Source: Catajapyx aquilonaris (taxonomy: Eukaryota). From it: a stretch of 64,000 nt of DNA. Made by a program: the position numbers and the translations under genes. Within the stretch, counting starts at the first letter, position 1, and each line of letters begins with the position of its first letter. Below are positions 63,974 to 64,000 of this stretch, in pieces. Location: assembly GCA_000934665.2 (NCBI GenBank), contig KZ538454.1, positions 1 to 64,000 of the forward strand. The letters run 5' to 3'. The notes under the pieces are model-generated. The model was not told the origin of the DNA. It saw only the letters and a program-made list of their open reading frames with translations, and made no database searches.

Positions 63974-64000
63974 AATTTATTAAATTAATTAAATTACGTT

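Overview
This is eukaryotic (metazoan-type) genomic DNA, almost entirely non-coding, with one 119-N gap. None of the supplied ORFs looks like a real gene. The one coding feature I can support is absent from the ORF track: a 132-nt, phase 1-1 internal exon on the + strand (45291-45422). It encodes (D)PLPVLELCAESQERLAQLEEDNKQLREALDDYNQAEIKEVKSQ, which matches the N-terminal coiled coil shared by CUX1/Cut and CASP. I found neither neighbouring exon, so the window probably lies within two very large introns of a cux/CASP locus. These introns contain many short non-autonomous DNA transposons and foldback elements: a hAT-type MITE with an 8-bp TSD, Tc1/mariner-type MITEs with TA TSDs, a decayed piggyBac-like foldback, a CACT-ended element and several unclassified palindromes. 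There is also one tRNA-derived SINE with a TSD just upstream of the exon, about eight minisatellites, (GA)n tracts, YY1/PHO-type motif clusters and an AT-rich island near 40.2-42.5 kb. I see no CRISPR array, rRNA, genuine tRNA or transposase ORF, and no clear evidence of a new biological system. The most unusual patterns are foldbacks whose arms match best near the centre rather than at the ends, and a palindrome with one arm amplified in tandem.
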